This document shows, piece after piece, positions 1 through 10,087 of a DNA stretch of 64,000 nt. Numbering within the stretch: the stretch's first letter is position 1; every line of letters begins with the position of its first letter. Location: contig CAVUDP010000002.1 in assembly GCA_963740315.1 (NCBI GenBank), positions 2,880,001 to 2,944,000 on the forward strand, written 5' to 3'. The translations under genes were made by a program, and so were the position numbers. The DNA comes from an uncultured cyanobacterium. Its GTDB lineage: Bacteria > Cyanobacteriota > Cyanobacteriia > Cyanobacteriales > Nostocaceae. The notes under the pieces were generated by a model that was not told where the DNA came from, ran no database searches, and worked only from the letters and a program-made list of their open reading frames with translations.

Positions 1-560
1 GTATCTCAGATATCATCACTATTCCCGGCTTGGTAAATGTTGACTTTGCCGACGTGCGAGCCGTGATGGCAGATGCTGGTTCTGCTTTGATGGGAATCGG
101 TATTGGTTCTGGCAAATCGCGTTCTCGCGAAGCGGCGATCGCGGCAATTTCTTCGCCGTTGCTGGAATGTTCTATCGAAGGTGCTAGAGGTGTTGTATTT
201 AACATCACTGGTGGTAGCGACCTGACTTTACATGAAGTCAACGCTGCTGCGGAAGCAATTTATGAAGTGGTAGATCCCAATGCCAATATTATTTTCGGGG
301 CGGTGATTGATGACAGACTCGAAGGAGAAGTCAGAATTACCGTGATTGCTACCGGGTTTACAGGTGAAATCCAAGAAAGGCAACAGCAAACTGCTACCCC
401 AAATAATCGAGTAGCTCCACCCCCAACAGCACAGCAACGGCGAGCAGCGCCACAGCCATCATCGACAAATACTAATTCTCCAACACCAACCGAACCCAAA
501 CAAAAACCGGGATTGGAGATTCCTCCGTTTCTCCAAAAACGCCGTAATCCAAATAACTAA
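1..560 (+). CDS. ftsZ: Cell division protein FtsZ, C-terminal part (5' end outside window)
   Basis: [23 protein letters not shown]7 loop, [21 protein letters not shown], low-complexity linker and C-terminal EIPPFLQK peptide. Confidence 0.98.
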   Translation, partial: ISDIITIPGLVNVDFADVRAVMADAGSALMGIGIGSGKSRSREAAIAAISSPLLECSIEGARGVVFNITGGSDLTLHEVNAAAEAIYEVVDPNANIIFGAVIDDRLEGEVRITVIATGFTGEIQERQQQTATPNNRVAPPPTAQQRRAAPQPSSTNTNSPTPTEPKQKPGLEIPPFLQKRRNPNN

Positions 561-897
561 GTAACGGATTAACCCAATAAATGTTTGTGATTTGTTCGCT
601 ATTATTAGGCATCGGAAAACGGGGGCGCAGAGTCTTTATGAAATTCATCGCCTCCCAAAGTTAAACAAACACGATTCCTTTAATTCCGAAAAAATTTCCG
701 ATCGCAGTAGTAATCGCTACAGTAAAGTTAGCGATATATTCTGTAATGCCTAAATTTTTGTTTGTGGAGTTACCCGAACAATTAGTGTTTGATTTGACGG
801 CTGATTCTACGCTCATTAATTGACGTTTTTTACAAAAGCTTATTTGAAATAGGGTGTGATACCTATTTCCCACGTAAATATGGCTTTAATTATTACG

Positions 898-1866
898 TCA
901 TGTTTTGAGTTGCCCTTCTACCCATTGAATAACCTTTTGACCCAAGTTTGTATCGCTAAACCGATCGATTTCGCGGATACCTGTAGGGCTTGTAACGTTG
1001 ACTTCAGTAAGATAGCCGCCAATAACATCAATACCTACAAAGATTAAGCCGTCTTCTTGTAGAGTTTTAGCTAGTTGAGTACAAATTTCCCGTTCTCTGG
1101 AAGTAATTTCAGTTTGAGCAACCGTACCCCCGGCTGCCATATTATTGCGAAATTCTCCAGGTGCGGAAAGACGGTTGAGCGCCCCCACTGGTTCGCCATC
1201 AAGCAAAATAATCCGTTTATCACCGAGTTTTGCTTCCGGTAAAAAGGTTTGTAGCATAATTGGTACTCGCCCCTGTAGAGTACTTAGTTCTACTATGGAA
1301 TTAAAATTGCGATCGCTCTTGTCTAGAAATAAAATTCCTTCCCCTGCTTTGTTTCCGAGTGGTTTAAGAATCGCAGCACCTTTGTCTTCCACAAACTTCC
1401 GAATCAGGTGTTTATCAGCGGTGACAATGGTTTCTGGAATGGCTTGGGTAAATTGGAGAGCATACATTTTTTCGTTTGCATCTCGAATACCTTTGGGGCT
1501 GTTAACAACTAAAGTTTTGCTTGGGTTGATATAGTCCAGAATATAAGTAGCGTAAAGATAAGAAACATTTACAGGTGGATCTGTCCGCATAAACACGGCA
1601 TCCATCTCATTCAAACAAATATTAGTTTTGTCGCTTAACTTGTACCAGGGATTTGCAGCTTTGTAGCCAGTTTCGAGCAACTCAACGGGGATGATTTCAA
1701 CTTGTTGGAGATGCGCCCAAGCTGTACTATCTACAACACTCAACTCCCAGGCTTGAGTTATCCATACTTCATGCCCCAAAATACAAGCTGCTTCCATCAT
1801 GGCAACGCTAGTGTCATGAGCGGGATCTAAATTCTGGATGGGATCAATAATAAAAGCCAGTTTCAC
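898..1866 (-). CDS. gshB: Glutathione synthetase
   Basis: MKLAFIIDP...HDTS, FMRTDPP, NEKM, GDKRI, FRNNMAAGG, EVNVTSPTG motifs. Confidence 0.97.
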   Translation of the reverse strand: MKLAFIIDPIQNLDPAHDTSVAMMEAACILGHEVWITQAWELSVVDSTAWAHLQQVEIIPVELLETGYKAANPWYKLSDKTNICLNEMDAVFMRTDPPVNVSYLYATYILDYINPSKTLVVNSPKGIRDANEKMYALQFTQAIPETIVTADKHLIRKFVEDKGAAILKPLGNKAGEGILFLDKSDRNFNSIVELSTLQGRVPIMLQTFLPEAKLGDKRIILLDGEPVGALNRLSAPGEFRNNMAAGGTVAQTEITSREREICTQLAKTLQEDGLIFVGIDVIGGYLTEVNVTSPTGIREIDRFSDTNLGQKVIQWVEGQLKT

Positions 1867-2007
1867 GCGATTGCCTCGATTTACCCTTCAAATTATTCAA
1901 TGATTCATCTCAAATTATCCCCCTTTATGTAATACCGTTTCACATTATTTAAGGGAGTAGGGAGTAGGGAATAGGTAAAAGGTATTTTCACGATCGACTT
2001 TACTTAC

Positions 2008-2062
2008 GCAAAATCTAAAATTAGAAAACCCACCTTGATTCACAGGTGGGAGCGAATGTCAA
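2008..2062 (+). mobile_element. Minimal IS200/IS605-derived end element (PATE-like)
   Basis: TTAC at 2004-2007, hairpin CCCACCT-N8-AGGTGGG, terminal TGTCAA; same end signatures as the IS at 30022-31314. Confidence 0.5.
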
Positions 2063-2096
2063 GCAATCTCTAACTACTAGCCATTTCTTTTAATGT

Positions 2097-2354
2097 TCAA
2101 GCTAATAGTTCGTCCAATTTGCCTTGAGACTCTAGAGCATAAATATCATCGCAACCACCAATATGAGTATTATTGATGAAAATTTGTGGTACGGAACGCC
2201 GTCCATCTCCTCTATGAGCCATCTTTTCCCGTGCTTCTTCATCTCCATCAACGCTGTATTCGGTAAAGTCAATCCCTTTCTTCTTCAATAGACTTTTAGC
2301 ACGTATACAAAACGGGCAAGTACTCCAAGTGTAAATTTCTATATTGACAGCCAT
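2097..2354 (-). CDS. grxC: Glutaredoxin 3
   Basis: CPFC active site, SVPQIFI, GGCDD; adjacent to gshB; start taken at ATG 2354. Confidence 0.95.
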   Translation of the reverse strand: MAVNIEIYTWSTCPFCIRAKSLLKKKGIDFTEYSVDGDEEAREKMAHRGDGRRSVPQIFINNTHIGGCDDIYALESQGKLDELLA

Positions 2355-2775
2355 AACTTCCTCATGTTGACTTAGCAATTCTCAATTTTAGAACGTTATA
2401 TCTGGCTAAGGATGGTTAAAAAGTAATGAAAGATACTTTTGATACAAATCTAATTTAACTCGTTTTTATTATTTGTCTAAAAAAATACATTATATTATTT
2501 TGCTTCCAGTGATAAATAAGACTTAAATTGTTCTTCATTTATAGAGTAAGTGCGAATGAGCCTACTATCAGGAGCAACAGTAGACTCATCTGAAAGCACT
2601 ATAAAACAGTGATTGTGTTGGCTTAAATCCAGGTGCGTAACGATTTCATAATATTTCAGTTTAAATACGGTATACATCAGTATTGACACTGATATCTTTA
2701 TGGCTTGCCATAAAAAAGCTCAGTATTTTACGCAGTTAGGAGGGATAGGAATAAGTGGTTTAATTAAACATAAAC

Positions 2776-2902
2776 AGAACTTACGCAACTGGCATATTGT
2801 CATTGCGACCAGAACGAAGTGTAGGGAAGCAATCCCAGCATCTGAGGAGATTACTTCGCTTTGTTCGTAATGACGCAATTTCGTTATTTTTGCGTAAGTC
2901 CT
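2776..2902. mobile_element. MITE-like element with terminal inverted repeats and internal palindrome
   Basis: AGAACTTACGCA ... TGCGTAAGTCCT ends; internal GTCATTGCGA...GAAGCAATC...GATTACTTC...CGTAATGAC palindrome, related to 17080-17145. Confidence 0.65.
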
Positions 2903-2983
2903 AATAAAATTACTCCTGAAGAATTTTTCTCCAGGAGCGATAAGTTAACTTTAATTAGATTTTACGAAAGAAAACTCAAGTGC

Positions 2984-4732
2984 TTATCCAGAAGCGGTAG
3001 CGTATTGAATTAACTGCCCCAAACGCTCTCTTAAGGTTTCTAAACCAAGGCGCTGATTAGCGGAAATAAATACCGCCATTGGATATTCTTCCCTAGCCAA
3101 AGCTAAGGTTTCGCTGTTGGCTTGGTCAATTTTGTTGAAAACTACTAGCGCCGGACCCGGTGTTATGGGCATTTGCGCTAAAATATCCCTGACCGAACGA
3201 ATATGACTCAGCCAAGCAGGATGAGATAAATCGACCAAATGCACTAAGCCATCTGCTTCTGTCACTTCTTCCAAAGTGGCGCGGAAGGCATCCATTAACG
3301 ATCCGGGTAATTCGTGTATAAACCCAACTGTATCTGTAACGAGTATTTCTTGAGTTACTTCGGTTACAGCATGGGGAACTACCAAGCGGCGCGTTGTCGG
3401 GTCAAGGGTTGCAAACAACTGGTCTGCCGTGTAAACCTCGGCGTTGGTTAAAGCGTTAAGTAAAGTAGATTTACCGGCATTGGTGTAACCTACGATTGCG
3501 ATTGTAGGTACTTCTTCATGTTGTCGCCGCTGTCTTAACCGTTCTCGATGCGCTTGTAGTTGGTTTACTTCTTTTTGCAAGCGAGTAATGCGCCGGGAAA
3601 TAGCACGACGTTCGGTTTCTAGCTTGGTTTCACCAGGACCTCTCGTACCTATACCACCCCCAAGTCGGGACATTGCCTGACCTCTACCAGTTAGTCGCGG
3701 TAACATATACTCTAACTGCGCCAATTCTACTTGCAGCTTACCAGCACCCGAACGAGCGCGTTGAGCAAAGATATCTAAAATAACTTCAGTGCGATCGACA
3801 ACCCGAACCCCTATTTGAAGTTCTAGATTTCGGACTTGCGCTGGCGATAAATCGCGGTCAAAAACGACAAGATTTGCTCCCAAAGTTTGAACGCTTAAAG
3901 CAATTTCCTGCACCTTGCCTTCACCCACCACCGTTTGGGGATGAATTCGCGATCGCTTTTGTCGCATAGTAAGCAATACCTCTCCCCCAGCGGTATCCAC
4001 CAACCGCCCCAACTCTACCAAAGTATCGTGAAATTCTTGAGTCGTCGTCTTTTGAGTTACAAGCCCAACAATCACAACGCGATCGCGATCGCCCGATACT
4101 TCTTTACCAGTAAATTCCCGTTGGAATTCTTCTTCAAGCCCTTCAACCAGATCGAGAAAGTCTTTTTTGCTCAATACATCCAGACTCATCGGTGGCGAAA
4201 TACTCCAGCTAGGAGCAGAATAATCGCTGGTATCCAATTGTGCAGTAGGGCTAGTAATTAGGGCGCGAGCATCAAGGGGTGCTAAGTGTGCCAAATAAGC
4301 TTCCTTAACATACCCAGTAGCACCACCGCCCCGACGTTTAAATCCTGTTCCTGTAATATTAAGTACAATTAAAGCATCTAATCTTTGCAGTGCCATAGCA
4401 GTCAAAGCCGCTTCAGATGGCGGTTCTGCCTTTAACTGAGTAGCAATACAACGAATACCGCTAAGTCGTTCCGCACCGTAACGCGGAAGTTCCATCGGCG
4501 GAATTTGGGTCTGACGCGGAGTGCCTACCCCAACCCGAATCACTTGTCCGCGACGGTTGAGATAGGCACACACTGGCTGATTAATTTCAGTACTAATTGC
4601 CGCGAGTCGTTCAGCGAATTCCGGAGTTGTTAAACTATCACCCGGTAGGCGCTGGTGATACAGCCGCTGCAATTGCTTTAGCTGACTGTGTTTCAGACCC
4701 TGGAGTTTACCATATATAGTTTCTATAGGCAT
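2984..4732 (-). CDS. hflX: GTPase HflX (long cyanobacterial form)
   Basis: GKLQVELAQL, GTRGPGETKLE, GYTNAGKST, DQLFATLDPT, DTVGFI, NKID. Confidence 0.97.
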   Translation of the reverse strand: MPIETIYGKLQGLKHSQLKQLQRLYHQRLPGDSLTTPEFAERLAAISTEINQPVCAYLNRRGQVIRVGVGTPRQTQIPPMELPRYGAERLSGIRCIATQLKAEPPSEAALTAMALQRLDALIVLNITGTGFKRRGGGATGYVKEAYLAHLAPLDARALITSPTAQLDTSDYSAPSWSISPPMSLDVLSKKDFLDLVEGLEEEFQREFTGKEVSGDRDRVVIVGLVTQKTTTQEFHDTLVELGRLVDTAGGEVLLTMRQKRSRIHPQTVVGEGKVQEIALSVQTLGANLVVFDRDLSPAQVRNLELQIGVRVVDRTEVILDIFAQRARSGAGKLQVELAQLEYMLPRLTGRGQAMSRLGGGIGTRGPGETKLETERRAISRRITRLQKEVNQLQAHRERLRQRRQHEEVPTIAIVGYTNAGKSTLLNALTNAEVYTADQLFATLDPTTRRLVVPHAVTEVTQEILVTDTVGFIHELPGSLMDAFRATLEEVTEADGLVHLVDLSHPAWLSHIRSVRDILAQMPITPGPALVVFNKIDQANSETLALAREEYPMAVFISANQRLGLETLRERLGQLIQYATASG

Positions 4733-4825
4733 CTATGACTAGTTTACTAGTCCCCCATATACATCTATGTCTATTTTACAACAGGGTTTTTAACCTAAAC
4801 TCTTTCTTTTAGTAGATGCAGGAGA

Positions 4826-5032
4826 CAGTGAACAGTGACCAGTGAACAGTCACCAGTGAACAGTGAACAGTGAACAGTGAACAGTCACCAGTCACCAGTC
4901 ACCAGTCACCAGTTAGGAGTTAATAATTTTGGATTGGGAGTTGGAAGTTAAAAGTGAGAAGTTAAGAGTGAGGAGTTATAAATTTTCTACCCCCTCTCCC
5001 CCATCTCCCCATCTCCCCATCCCCCCATTCCC
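4826..5032. repeat. STRR arrays (CAGTGAA/CAGTCAC; CCCCATCT)
   Basis: Tandem 7-8-mers visible directly. Confidence 0.9.
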
Positions 5033-5077
5033 TTGGGCTATACTTGCCAAAGTAAAAAAAACCCGTGTTTCCCGGTA

Positions 5078-7546
5078 ATGAAGATTCTGCTTATAAATGA
5101 TGATGAGCAATTCACAAAAGAACTTAAAGCGAACTTAACCGAACATCGATACGTTGTGGATGTTGCGGTAGATGGACAAGAAGGTTGGGATTTTGTTGAA
5201 GCACAGGAATACGATTTGATTGTGCTGGATGTAATGTTGCCAAAGCTGGATGGGATTACTTTTTGCAGTCGCTTGCGTGCCAAAGGTTTGCAGGTTTTGG
5301 TGATGTTTTTAACTGCAAGAAATACTAGTGAAGATAAAATTAAAGGCTTGGATGCTGGTGCTGATGACTATGTAGTTGAGCCAGTACCTTTACCGGAATT
5401 AACAGCTAGAATCCGAGCGTTGCTGCGACGCAAGTCTACAACTGCATCGACCATTTTGGAATGGGGAAACCTTTGTTTGGAACCTAGATCCAAAGAGGTA
5501 AAACACGCTGGTGTTCCTTTAAATCTGACGAAGAAAGAATATTCTTTGTTAGAACTATTCATGCGAGATACACAGAAAATACACAGCCAGAATAGTATTT
5601 TAAATCAGCTATGGTCTTTTGAAGATGAGCCGCCGACGAGAGATACTATAAGGACGTTAGTAAAAAGATTGCGACAGAAATTAAAGGCTGCGAAAGCTCC
5701 CGATTTGATTGAAACGGTTTTTGGATTGGGGTATCGTCTTAATCCCCTGTTTGAAAAAGCATCGACAACAGAGAGTAATTCTATGTTGAGTAAGAAGCTT
5801 GTATCTGCTATATCTCAAACTACCAGCAATAATTCTCATACTGTAAAGACTTCAAATCAAGCAGTGCTTCCAAGTAAGCATTCAATTGAATCTGATGAAT
5901 CGCCAACTCGGTTGTTGATTGTAGATGAAGATAAAGAATTTATCGATCCTTTAGTAGAAGTTGCAACCGTACAAGGATTGCAAACTGCGATCGCACCGAA
6001 TGCAAAACTCGCAACAGATGCACTACAAAGAATTCGCCCAGATATTGTGTTGCTAAATATATCTGTTGATAAGAGAGAAGATGAATTTGCTTTTCTGGAT
6101 CGAATGTCAAAACAAACACCTCCGATTCCGGTACTAGTATTTACCGATCAAGAATTATCAACGGATAGAGTTGCACTGGCTCGTCGTAAAAGTCAAGGCT
6201 TTTTTCACAAACCCATTTCCCCAAACCGCGTACTCGAAGCTATTAACCAAACCTTAAAACCTGCGAAAACCGAAGCTAAGGTAATGTTAGTTGATGACGA
6301 TCGCATGAGTTTACGCTTGGTGCGAACGTTGTTAGAACCTTGGGGAATACAAGTTACTACCTTAAGCGATTCGCTGAAATTTTGGGATGAGCTTGAATCT
6401 GTAAAGCCAGATTTACTTATATTAGATGTGCAAATGCCAAATATTGATGGTATTGAACTGTGTCAACTATTACGTAATGATTCCCGTTGGGCTTGGCTAC
6501 CAATCGTGTTTCTTACCGGAGTGCGAGATACTGAGACTATTCAACAGGTGTTTTCAGCTGGGGCTGATGATTTTATTAATAAACCTGTTATTGCTCCAGA
6601 ATTAATTACCCGTATTTTCAACCGTTTGGAACGTACTCGTTTGCTACGACAAGCAGAAATTAATTCTCTGACTGGCTTACCAAATCGCCAGCGCTCGACT
6701 CAAGATTTAGAAAAACTATTACATTTAGCAAGTCAGTATCAACAGAGCTTTTGTTTAGCAGTAATAAAAATAGATGATTTAGAAAAAATTAATCGTAATT
6801 ACGGACATCCATTTGGCGATAAAATGTTGCGTCGTTTAGCTTCTTTGTTACGAAAAGAATTACGAACTGAAGATATTGTATCTTCTTGGAATGGCGGAGA
6901 ATTTTTAATTGGAATGTACGGTATCAGTCGTGGTTATGGAGTTGAATGGTTGGCAGAAGTATTAGAAATATTGCGATCGATTGAATTTGAAGTTGAGAAA
7001 GAAGTGGTTAGCATTACTTTCAGCGCCGGAGTTACCCAATATCCAGAAGATGGAAAGGATATACAAACACTTTATCAAACCGCCGCTTCCACAATGGAAC
7101 GAGCAAAAGAATATGGCGGAAATTGCGTTTTAGCTTCAGATTGTCAGTCGCTTCAATCTCGTCAATCGCCTTTTCACAAAGATGTAATTTTACTACATCA
7201 AGATTCAGCTTTTGCAAATTCTATTATGGAAGCGTTATTAACTAGAAGTTATCACGTTCATTGGTTAAAAGATGGAAAAACGGCTAATAAAGTTTTGGGA
7301 GGAAAAAGCCTTTCCTTGCGTAGTGAAATTATTTTACTTGAAGAAAATTTACCCGGTTTAAACGGGTTAGAAATACTTAAGCATTTCAAACGAGATAAAG
7401 TTATCCAAAGCTCTAAAGTTGTCTGGTTATCCACGACTACAACTGAAATAGAAAAAGCCCTATGCCTGGGATGTTTCGACTATATTAATGTTCCTTGCAA
7501 TATTCCAGCTTTTATGTATCGTCTGCGGCATCTTTTGGAAGGATGA
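5078..7546 (+). CDS. Multidomain response regulator: REC - OmpR wHTH - REC - REC - GGDEF-like (degenerate) - REC
   Basis: LDVMLPKLDG REC; LTKKEYSLL...IETVFGLGYR wHTH; LDVQMP REC; NRNYGHPFGD with SWNGGEF at the GGDEF position; start at ATG 5078. Confidence 0.9.
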   Translation: MKILLINDDEQFTKELKANLTEHRYVVDVAVDGQEGWDFVEAQEYDLIVLDVMLPKLDGITFCSRLRAKGLQVLVMFLTARNTSEDKIKGLDAGADDYVVEPVPLPELTARIRALLRRKSTTASTILEWGNLCLEPRSKEVKHAGVPLNLTKKEYSLLELFMRDTQKIHSQNSILNQLWSFEDEPPTRDTIRTLVKRLRQKLKAAKAPDLIETVFGLGYRLNPLFEKASTTESNSMLSKKLVSAISQTTSNNSHTVKTSNQAVLPSKHSIESDESPTRLLIVDEDKEFIDPLVEVATVQGLQTAIAPNAKLATDALQRIRPDIVLLNISVDKREDEFAFLDRMSKQTPPIPVLVFTDQELSTDRVALARRKSQGFFHKPISPNRVLEAINQTLKPAKTEAKVMLVDDDRMSLRLVRTLLEPWGIQVTTLSDSLKFWDELESVKPDLLILDVQMPNIDGIELCQLLRNDSRWAWLPIVFLTGVRDTETIQQVFSAGADDFINKPVIAPELITRIFNRLERTRLLRQAEINSLTGLPNRQRSTQDLEKLLHLASQYQQSFCLAVIKIDDLEKINRNYGHPFGDKMLRRLASLLRKELRTEDIVSSWNGGEFLIGMYGISRGYGVEWLAEVLEILRSIEFEVEKEVVSITFSAGVTQYPEDGKDIQTLYQTAASTMERAKEYGGNCVLASDCQSLQSRQSPFHKDVILLHQDSAFANSIMEALLTRSYHVHWLKDGKTANKVLGGKSLSLRSEIILLEENLPGLNGLEILKHFKRDKVIQSSKVVWLSTTTTEIEKALCLGCFDYINVPCNIPAFMYRLRHLLEG

Positions 7547-7616
7547 GACAATTTTGGATTAGATGGATGTAGGGTGTGTTGTCGCTCCGCGCAACGCACC
7601 ATAATGACTGCCAAAT

Positions 7617-8846
7617 TCATACTGCAAGCTGCGGTTGCGATGTGTTATTTGCGTTATTAAGTGATGTTTGCTGTTGTAAATCGGGCGTTTGCTTTTCTAA
7701 ATGTAAATATTTATCAATCGTATCTAAAACTTTTTCAACGACTATTGGTTTACTCATAAAGTCGGTAGAGCCAGCTACTTTAGATCGCAATCTATCAAAA
7801 AGACCATCGCTACCAGTTATTATAATTACCGGAATATCGGCAAGTTTAGCAACCCGTCTGATTTGGGCGCAAACTTCGTATCCGTTGACAACTGGCATCA
7901 TTAAATCTAAGAAAATTAAATCTGGTTTATTCTCGATTAAAATTGGTAATGCTTGAATAGCATCTTGAATTTGAACAAATTTCATGTTCTTTGCAGTGAC
8001 AATACTTCCTATAATTTGGCATACTTGAAGGCTATCATCAATACAAGCGATAACTGGTCTTCTTGATTCTTTCGTAGGTAAAGGTTTGATATTATTTTTA
8101 ACTTCTGCTGCTGATAAAGGTAAGTCGGGTACTTCCGATAGTTGAATAAATCCCCTGAGAATGAAGGGTAATAAATCGGAGGATATTTTAAGTGTATTAA
8201 ACTTCAGTTCGACGGCTAAATCTTGTAAAGTATATTTGCCGTTAATAAAGTTGACAAAGTTTGTGTAGATATTAGGAGTTACAAGCTGTTGAACTTGTTT
8301 TGGTTGCAATAATTCTGGTGATAAATGAGGAGTAAAACTTGCTAATCCAGCAGATGACCATCCACGCCATTCTTCTTCCATACGCTTGAGGAAAAACTCT
8401 GTATTCATAAAGGTGAGCGATACATCTAAGACGGCTTTAGGATTGCGAATACAAGATACATCTTCAAAATTTACCTGCTGTGCAATATCAAATAACACTT
8501 CTGATATCGTATTTTTCGCAACAGCTTCAGCCTGAGTTCTATCTATTTTTTCTTTTTTATATAAACTAGTTAATAATTGATAATCCCACAGTTTATTTGC
8601 TAATTCTATTGACTCTATCTGTATCTCGTCAATTTTTATCTGCGGACAATATTGAGTAATTTTTCTGCGCCAGCGTCGAAACGGATGAATTCCCCCGGTT
8701 GCCCAAATAATTCGCCCAAACCGAAAGTACAAACTCCATTTATATTTAGATGACTTTATATCTAGCTTGCCACTGTATTGAGCTTTTGTGCAAGCAATGA
8801 ATTCTTCAATCAAGTCTTTATATGCTATCAATTCTGTGTACACCAT
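7617..8846 (-). CDS. PatA-family response regulator (PATAN/DUF4388-like N-terminus + REC)
   Basis: WSLYFRFGRIIWATGGIHPFRRWRR N-terminal signature; C-terminal REC IACIDDS...LDLMMP...KP. Confidence 0.88.
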   Translation of the reverse strand: MVYTELIAYKDLIEEFIACTKAQYSGKLDIKSSKYKWSLYFRFGRIIWATGGIHPFRRWRRKITQYCPQIKIDEIQIESIELANKLWDYQLLTSLYKKEKIDRTQAEAVAKNTISEVLFDIAQQVNFEDVSCIRNPKAVLDVSLTFMNTEFFLKRMEEEWRGWSSAGLASFTPHLSPELLQPKQVQQLVTPNIYTNFVNFINGKYTLQDLAVELKFNTLKISSDLLPFILRGFIQLSEVPDLPLSAAEVKNNIKPLPTKESRRPVIACIDDSLQVCQIIGSIVTAKNMKFVQIQDAIQALPILIENKPDLIFLDLMMPVVNGYEVCAQIRRVAKLADIPVIIITGSDGLFDRLRSKVAGSTDFMSKPIVVEKVLDTIDKYLHLEKQTPDLQQQTSLNNANNTSQPQLAV

Positions 8847-9242
8847 GATAACTTTGTTCTTTTATAAGTAGGGTAGATGTTAGATGCTAGATGGTAGATG
8901 GTAAAAGAAAAATTTTTTTAAATGTAAGTTTTTTGCAAGTTAAATAATCAAAGGAAATTAATCATAAATATTTGCAGATAATTCTAGTTCTTTATATTCA
9001 TAATACTAACGAAAAAATGTGACAATGCCGTGACATAGCTTGCATTGTTAAATTGAGGTAAAAGGCGGTTAAAAAAAATATTGCCGTTCCCTGATAGAAA
9101 GTTCATATAACTGGGAATAATAAGTTTGTGAGACAGCTAGGTTTAGTTGCTTGAAGCTTCCTATACTCGAAGTTACAGCCCGAAACAAAGCTCTACAAAA
9201 AACTTTAAATATCAGTACATCTATCAATGAGGAATATACCTA

Positions 9243-9896
9243 ATGACTCAAATGCTTAGAGAAGAAGTAAGAGAAAGGCTCGGTAATGTTGACCAAATCC
9301 GGGATATTATTTTCGGGGCGCAGATAAGAGAATATGAAACCAGATTTGGTAAATTAGAATCAGATATTTCACTTTTACAGCTAGAAATGCGCTCCCATGT
9401 CGAGCAACTTAGAGTTAGCTTTGCAGCAGAATTAAAAGCAGGATTTGAAAACTTAGAGAAAAAGCTGAAATTATTCAACCTCAACCACGAGGAAGAAGCA
9501 GCCGATGCACGCCAGCAGGTAGATAGATTGAATAGAAAATTCTCAAGTTGCGTACAATCGCTAGATGAGGAATTAGATATTCAAACCAAATCAATAAGAG
9601 AAGAAGTTTCTCAAACAAAAGTCCAGCTAGAAGAAGAAGTTTTGGCTTTGCGGGATTTAGTTTTAGAAGAAATTGAACGGCATTTTTCTAACTTGAGACA
9701 AACCAAAGTTTCTAAAGACGATATGGCTGAGACATTATTTGCTTTAGGGATGCGTCTCAAAGAAAAAGAATTCATTCCCGTATTGCGTGAAGCAGCAGAT
9801 GAAGAGAGCGAGAATAATCCGGTTAAATTGCTCAGAAATGGAGAGAAACTTTCAGAATTCTTATCTCATAACGGATTGTCTGAAGTGAATTCCTGA
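9243..9896 (+). CDS. Coiled-coil hypothetical protein, first gene of the GTPase operon
   Basis: GAGGA RBS; VDQIRDIIFG motif followed by long E/L/K-rich heptad helix. Confidence 0.85.
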   Translation: MTQMLREEVRERLGNVDQIRDIIFGAQIREYETRFGKLESDISLLQLEMRSHVEQLRVSFAAELKAGFENLEKKLKLFNLNHEEEAADARQQVDRLNRKFSSCVQSLDEELDIQTKSIREEVSQTKVQLEEEVLALRDLVLEEIERHFSNLRQTKVSKDDMAETLFALGMRLKEKEFIPVLREAADEESENNPVKLLRNGEKLSEFLSHNGLSEVNS

Positions 9897-10082
9897 TGGG
9901 GGGATGGAGATAGAGGGGGAAGAGGGGGGATGGGGAGACAAGGGGATGGGGAGACAAGGGGATGGGGGGATGGGGGGAAAATAACTAATTTCCTACTCCT
10001 AATTCTTAACTCCTAACTCCTAACTCCTAACTCCTAATTCCTAACTGCTAACTGCTAACTGCTAACTGTTAACTGCTAACTG
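9897..10082. repeat. STRR arrays (GGGGATGG; CTCCTAA/CTGCTAA)
   Basis: Tandem 7-8-mers within the operon spacer. Confidence 0.9.
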
Positions 10083-10087
10083 ACTCA

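Noticed and set aside
661..873. Small ORF downstream of gshB
   Set aside because: No recognisable motif or RBS; cannot be supported, though a small protein is not excluded
1145..1534. Antisense or alternate-frame ORFs within known genes (many in the track)
   Set aside because: Shadow ORFs of well-supported genes
2495..2689. 64-aa ORF upstream of grxC
   Set aside because: No recognisable family; possibly a remnant
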